A DNA stretch of 64,000 nucleotides from Podarcis cretensis. Lineage: Eukaryota. A program made the position numbers and the translations under genes. The stretch lies in contig OX638159.1 of assembly GCA_951804945.1 (NCBI GenBank), forward strand, positions 30,690,001 to 30,754,000. The letters run 5' to 3'. Shown here piece after piece: positions 58,919-64,000 of this stretch. The notes below the pieces were generated by a model. It was not told the origin of the DNA. It was given only the letters and a program-made list of their open reading frames with translations, and ran no database searches. How positions within the stretch are numbered: position 1 is the stretch's first letter; each line of letters begins with the position of its first letter.

Positions 58919-61019
58919 AATCTGCCTGGCACATTAGCTTTGTATACTAAAGTAGCATGAAAAAAGAAGTGCATTGCCTTGATTGTGTAAAACCAGTTTC
59001 TTCTAGAGGTTTTGGCACAGCAGAATCCACCAGTCCTTTAAAGTGGGGGGTGGAGGGGGGGTGCTTGATAGACTTCCTGTTTTTGATGCTAATATGGGGT
59101 GTATTTTTTTTTTTCTGTGGGGTGGTGCAAAGAATTGTCAAGCCTCTCAGCATGTGGCTGGTTTTGACTTCCTAGGTGGAAACTTTGTCTAGCACCACAA
59201 TGGGGCTGGGAATTAGTAGAACTGACAAGTTTGTTTTTTGCATAATAAATAAATAAATACTCAATTACTGCTGCCAGCAGCCAGAGCAAAGTGTCTCTTC
59301 CTTACCATTAAGTATGGATGGAAGGATCTGTTAATTTCGGTTCTCTCCGTTTTCTCATTTTACAAGTCTTGAATCAATTTCTCTACATTTCTGCAGCAAT
59401 TTGTGATTTTTTTTTTAAAAAAAGACCATTTCTTACATTTTAGTGTGAATTTCTCATAATGAACCCATTTTGTGTGTAGTTTTGATTAATGAACACATTT
59501 AGGGCAAGCAATTTCCCCTATTAAGATGTGTGTTCATATGCTATTCTCACTAATATATCCATTTTCATGCACTTCCCCCCCTATGTGAGGATCTCTGGAG
59601 AGAGACAGAAGGGGGATGTCTCTGCAAATCCTCCTGATCTTCCAGAAGTTTTGGATACCATTGACCATGATATTATTCTGGAGTAGCGGTATAAATTCGG
59701 AGTGGGTGGCACTACTCGGCTTCCTTAATCCAATAATATGAACTAACAATGGAATTTCATTTGACATCAGGTGAGCTGCTCCTTCTTGAAATGGATGGGG
59801 AATTTCATCCAAGAACATTTGGCAAAATTCCCATCAGCATAAATTTTGCCACTCACAAATAACGTGGAGCATTTTGGGGACGTCACCTTGGGTAAGCCCT
59901 TGAAATAAGGCACAAAGGAGATTCAGATAAAGCTGATTAGACAAGGGAAAGGTATTGCAGAGAAAGTGAGCATAGGAAATATAGGCCCTGCTACTGCTGG
60001 GATCAAGTTGAAGGCAAATATTCGCTGTGCTAGGAGGTCAGGCAGCTCTACGGAGGCTCTGACTATGTAGGTCTGTGGGGCTGATCTCTGAGGACTTGCC
60101 TAACTTTGCATACCGTCTAACCTATATAAAACAGCATCTGTAATAAAGGATTTCCTGTTCTTTTTGGAAGCTTGGCATCCCCAAAGTCTATTTATAGGCA
60201 ATAGTCCTATAATTCATTTGTAAGCATGTGATGACATATGGTGAGCTGTCAGTACAGTTTCTTTTGAAGCAGGCGGAGCGCAAGAAACCCTCCTGCATTC
60301 CAGAACTCTGAGCATGTGTCAACTATCTATACAGCCCTCGGTAACATAAGAGAAAGCAATCTGTGCACACAATGGGACACACGTATTTATAAGAAGCACT
60401 AGAGAAAGGTAGAGAGCCTGGAATTGGGGTTTCCAGTTTTCCATTCAAAACAAAACAAAAAACCTGGTACCTTAGTTTGAGTGAATCTGAAGATGTACAG
60501 AGTTCCAATCTGCCTAGGGGAACATTTTCAGGGCAGTGGGAGAGAGGAACCTAAAAGTGAAGTTCCTGTGGGACAACCCCATCATCTGCAGCCAGGTTTG
60601 CTCTTTTTAACCAGACCAAGGTTCTAGTCCACACCCAGCTGAAACCAGAAACTAAACTGGAAAGTAAAAAGGCAACCATCTGCAATTAGCAAAACAGCGA
60701 CAGCATTCTCACCAGGCAGAAATGTCGCAAGAGGAACAGACATAGACAGTCAAACTGATGCAGTCATTCACAGTCTTACCAGCAGGCATCAGGCAGAATG
60801 GTGCTGCCACCACCACCCCAGCTTCTTGCATAGTCTGCTGCTTTGCTCTCTCAATGCCTTCTTCTGGGCTTTAACTGAAGTATGGTCTCGTCTCCCAGAC
60901 CATAGGTGAGATGATTTGTAGAACAAAAGAAAGGACACTCACAAGCACACATGTTTAAAATGGGTTCCCAGTTTCCCAGCAGATGTGCCAGCAGACACCT
61001 TGACTCTTAGCGGTGTGTG

Positions 61020-61316
61020 TAAAGGTGTGTGTCCAGTCAAAGGTGGCTATGGGGTTGCGGCTCTCATCTCGCTTTTGAGGCCAAGGGAGCCGGCATTTGT
61101 CCACAAGCAGCTTTCTGAGTCATGTGGCCAGCAGGACTAAACCACTTCTGGCACAGCACACCTATTTATCTACTTGTGCGGGTGTGCTTTCTAACTGCTA
61201 GGTTGTCAGGAGCTGGGACAGAGCAATGGGAGCTCACCCTGTCGTGTGGATTTGAACTACTGACCTTCTGATTGGCAAGCCCAAGAGGCTCAGTGGTTTA
61301 GACCACAGCGCCACCA
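61020..61316 (-). mobile_element. Sauria SINE, older, with internal deletion
   Basis: Antisense head (GGTTTAGACCACAGCGCCACC), CCTATTTATCTACTTG body, CTCATCTCGCTT 3' part. Confidence 0.9.
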
Positions 61317-62521
61317 TGGAGTGAACACAGAGCCGACTCTCAGAAAGGCAGGCAAGGAAACCACATTCCACACCAGACACAGAAAGTCCACCAGCAATCA
61401 AAGGAAGCTCCTGAGATCAAGGAGCAGATTTTTGTCTATGTTGGGATACAGTTGGGTGCCATTTTGAATCAGGATGGCAGACGGAATCTTTCAAGACAGC
61501 ACTGACTTTTTTTGTTCCTTAAAATTTCGAAGCAATGCTGGGTATGAGGCTGTTAGTTCTAAAACCATTTTAAGCAACCCTTTCCTTTCCCCCTCTAAGT
61601 AGAGAATAATTTTCTTCCTTTGGAACTGCCGAGTAATTATAACATAGCAAAACAGAAATTAATTGTTATGGAAATTCAGGCTAGATCTGACCCTGATTCC
61701 AAGCTTTTCCTATTTTTGCAGGGAAGCTACTAAAGGAGTTTGGGAACTGGGATTAAAAGAAATTATCCTCTTTCTTCCCCTTGGTACTAAACAATCAGTG
61801 TTTTTCAATAAGAAGGCAGATGTTTCTGTTTATAATGAATGTTGTGCATACCCAATAACTTTTAATAAGGAAGTTTAAAGGTAAGTAGTCTTAGACTAAA
61901 TTGTCACCACAGGCAATAATTAGTTTCATTTAATTCTCTAGGATTTGAAATGATGAATGGTCATGGTAAAGAAGGTTCACTGCAGACCACTTCTTAAGTG
62001 CTATGTATTACATGGATGATAAGTGAACAACGAAATAATAAATATACAAGCTCTAAATCCCTTCCTCTGAAACCAAATCACTGGGGGAATGCACCAAGAT
62101 TTGACTAACATCACATGTATATAAGATATATAAGCAAAGCAGCAACACAGGGTCAGATTCTGGTGGCAGACTTAAAAACACATGACTTTCACACCATCGG
62201 AAGACAGGTCACTGGGCCTTTGTTAGCTGAAGTGTCAAGATTCTTCTGTTTTGTTGTTTATGCTTAGTGTGTGTTCATTGCTAGTTTAAATATTACCTGT
62301 TTTAATTTGTAAACTACTTTGAGAATTTTGAACTCAAAAGCCATATTAAAATTACTCTAAATAAAGTTGTGGGGTGGTGAGAGAATCATGTCATAGAAGT
62401 GAAATCACATGTGTACATTTCATAGTTACCCATTTGAACCTGGAATTTTTTTAGATAGATAGCCTACAGGCCACACCAAGCCTGCCTGCAGAACCCTTTT
62501 TGCGGCTTGGCAAATGCATCA

Positions 62522-62785
62522 TGTTATGTACTAAAGTTCTCACCCTGGGCCAGCAGGGGGATACTGTAGATAGTTTTCACTCAGGTCCACATATGCAAAT
62601 AAGGGATTGAAAGTGACGTTCGGTGATTGGATAGTTACAGAAAGTGGTTACTGTTGCGTTGTAGTGGAGCTCTATATAAGCAGGCTGGCTGAACCCTTCA
62701 GTTCAGTTCTGATCTGGCCTGTGAATAAACAAGAGCTGTTTGAAGAATCGCTGTGTTGTCTGATATGTTCACCCACAACTTAACA
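62522..62785 (+). mobile_element. Young solo LTR (264 bp, probably Gypsy-type)
   Basis: Termini TGTTA...TAACA and perfect 5-bp TSD CATCA. TATATAA (62673-62679) lies upstream of AATAAA (62724-62729). Confidence 0.9.
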
Positions 62786-63919
62786 CATCAGGTTCTGAAT
62801 GCCATTAGCAGCCATCACAAGGAGGTGTCATGCAAGAAAAGTGACAGTATGCCAGCCCACTATTTGAGCTGACTCCACACCTGTGCCATGAGGTCATTTC
62901 ATGGGAAAATTCTGCCTGTGAAGTGGCATGGGACTGAAAAGCTTTTGGTGGATTGAGTGATTTGTAGTGGGTCAAGGCTGTAGTCCCAGGAGTGCATTTT
63001 ACCTGCACACCAGGTTTGCATAGGCAGGACCAACTAGAGAACAGACTGCTTGGATGGTGTTGCGGCAAACTACTGCCTGTCTGCTAGCGAAGCCTGAATG
63101 GGTTCTGTTCAAGGAAGGACAGAGGGAACATCTGATATGGACGTGAGCAGCATGTGATCTCCCAATGGCCCTTTTGTGGTGTCTGTGGGCACTTGTTGGC
63201 CTCACAAGGACAGCAGCTTCATTTCAAAGTTTTTCACTTCTCATTGCGGTCAGATGCTAGTGTCTTTAAAAAGGAGGAAACAAGTAACAGTGTACCCAGA
63301 ACCATATGGAGAAATGAAAGCCAGCCATTTTGTGCAGAAGTTCTTCTGGAAAAAAATGCACCAAAGAATTAGCTATGGGATGGCATTCATGAAAATAACA
63401 TGCACAGTCCCGATAATATTCCATTTGAATGTAAGCTTCACATCTATTCTTGGAATCCAGCATAGAACTAAGTGAGCATTCTGGCAGTGCAAGGATTTCT
63501 GCTTGTGCAATGGAATTTTCTCCCCCTCTCCTTCCTCTGAGCACCCCTTAAATCTGTTCTAGGTGTTTCCTCAACCCTCTGCGGAAGATTTGGGAGAGGA
63601 GGAAGTCCTGTTGTGTAAGTCGGGAACCTTGCAATGACAGGAAGCCTGTGCATACACTGAGGATGAACAAGCTGCTTATCCTGTGTGGACTATGTTTGGC
63701 ACTAGCATTTAAAAACTTGTGTTTTAACCATCAAAAAGATCTTTATAATGTATTCACTCCTTTTGCTTCTCCACTTTAAAACAGAATAATCATTTTGGTC
63801 CTAAAACATTAAAAGATTGCCAAACTTTATGTTGTATTGTACGGTATATTCATTGGAAGCTTAAAACTGCCTCAGAAATAGGGATAGTCTAGGTCAGTTT
63901 TCTTGATTTTCCATCTTTC

Positions 63920-64000
63920 TGTTGTTTGCTGTTTAGTCATTTAGTCATGTCCGTCTCTTTGTGACCCCATGGACCAGAGCACACCAGGCACTCCTGTCTT
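63920..64000 (-). mobile_element. BovB LINE 3' end, continues beyond window
   Basis: Antisense of AAGACAGGAGTGCCTGGTGTGCTCTGGTCCATGGGGTCACAAAGAGACGGACATGACTAAATGACTAAAC. Confidence 0.9.

Noticed and set aside
60779-60873. Minus-strand exon candidate ending CTG|gtaaga
   Set aside because: Acceptor is weak and the peptide is unrecognised; insufficient support.

Overview
This is vertebrate DNA with low CpG content and no long host open reading frame. The repeat content (Sauria SINEs, BovB tails, tRNA-Lys/tRNA-Ile SINEs with CR1 tails, lizard-type L1/L2/CR1 fragments, many hAT and Tc1/mariner MITEs) points to a squamate, most likely a lacertid lizard. The window reads as a large intron or intergenic block, and I could not identify a host gene. 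Most ORFs in the track look like chance ORFs or decayed transposon fragments. A few splice-site-bounded candidate exons are listed at low confidence. The most notable object is a complete, young ~1.9 kb minus-strand retroelement at 11649-13565. It has a 16-bp TSD, an L1-type CpG-rich 5'UTR (ETS site, YY1 site, hairpin), one intact 179-aa coiled-coil ORF, no ORF2, and a 3'UTR/poly(A) related to genuine L1 copies in the window. It therefore looks like a HAL1-like ('half-L1') non-autonomous element with an atypically short ORF1. It sits inside a Tc2-type DNA element, which itself splits an L2 fragment. Other points: an orphan copy of only the first ~110 nt of that 5'UTR; two hAT elements stacked at one 8-bp target; SINEs sharing a CR1 tail but carrying different tRNA heads; a 5S-derived SINE; an inverted pair of bipartite RTE-derived elements; three solo LTRs; and several repeat-free, TAAT-rich blocks that may be conserved enhancers. 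Family names come from recalled consensus features, not database searches.
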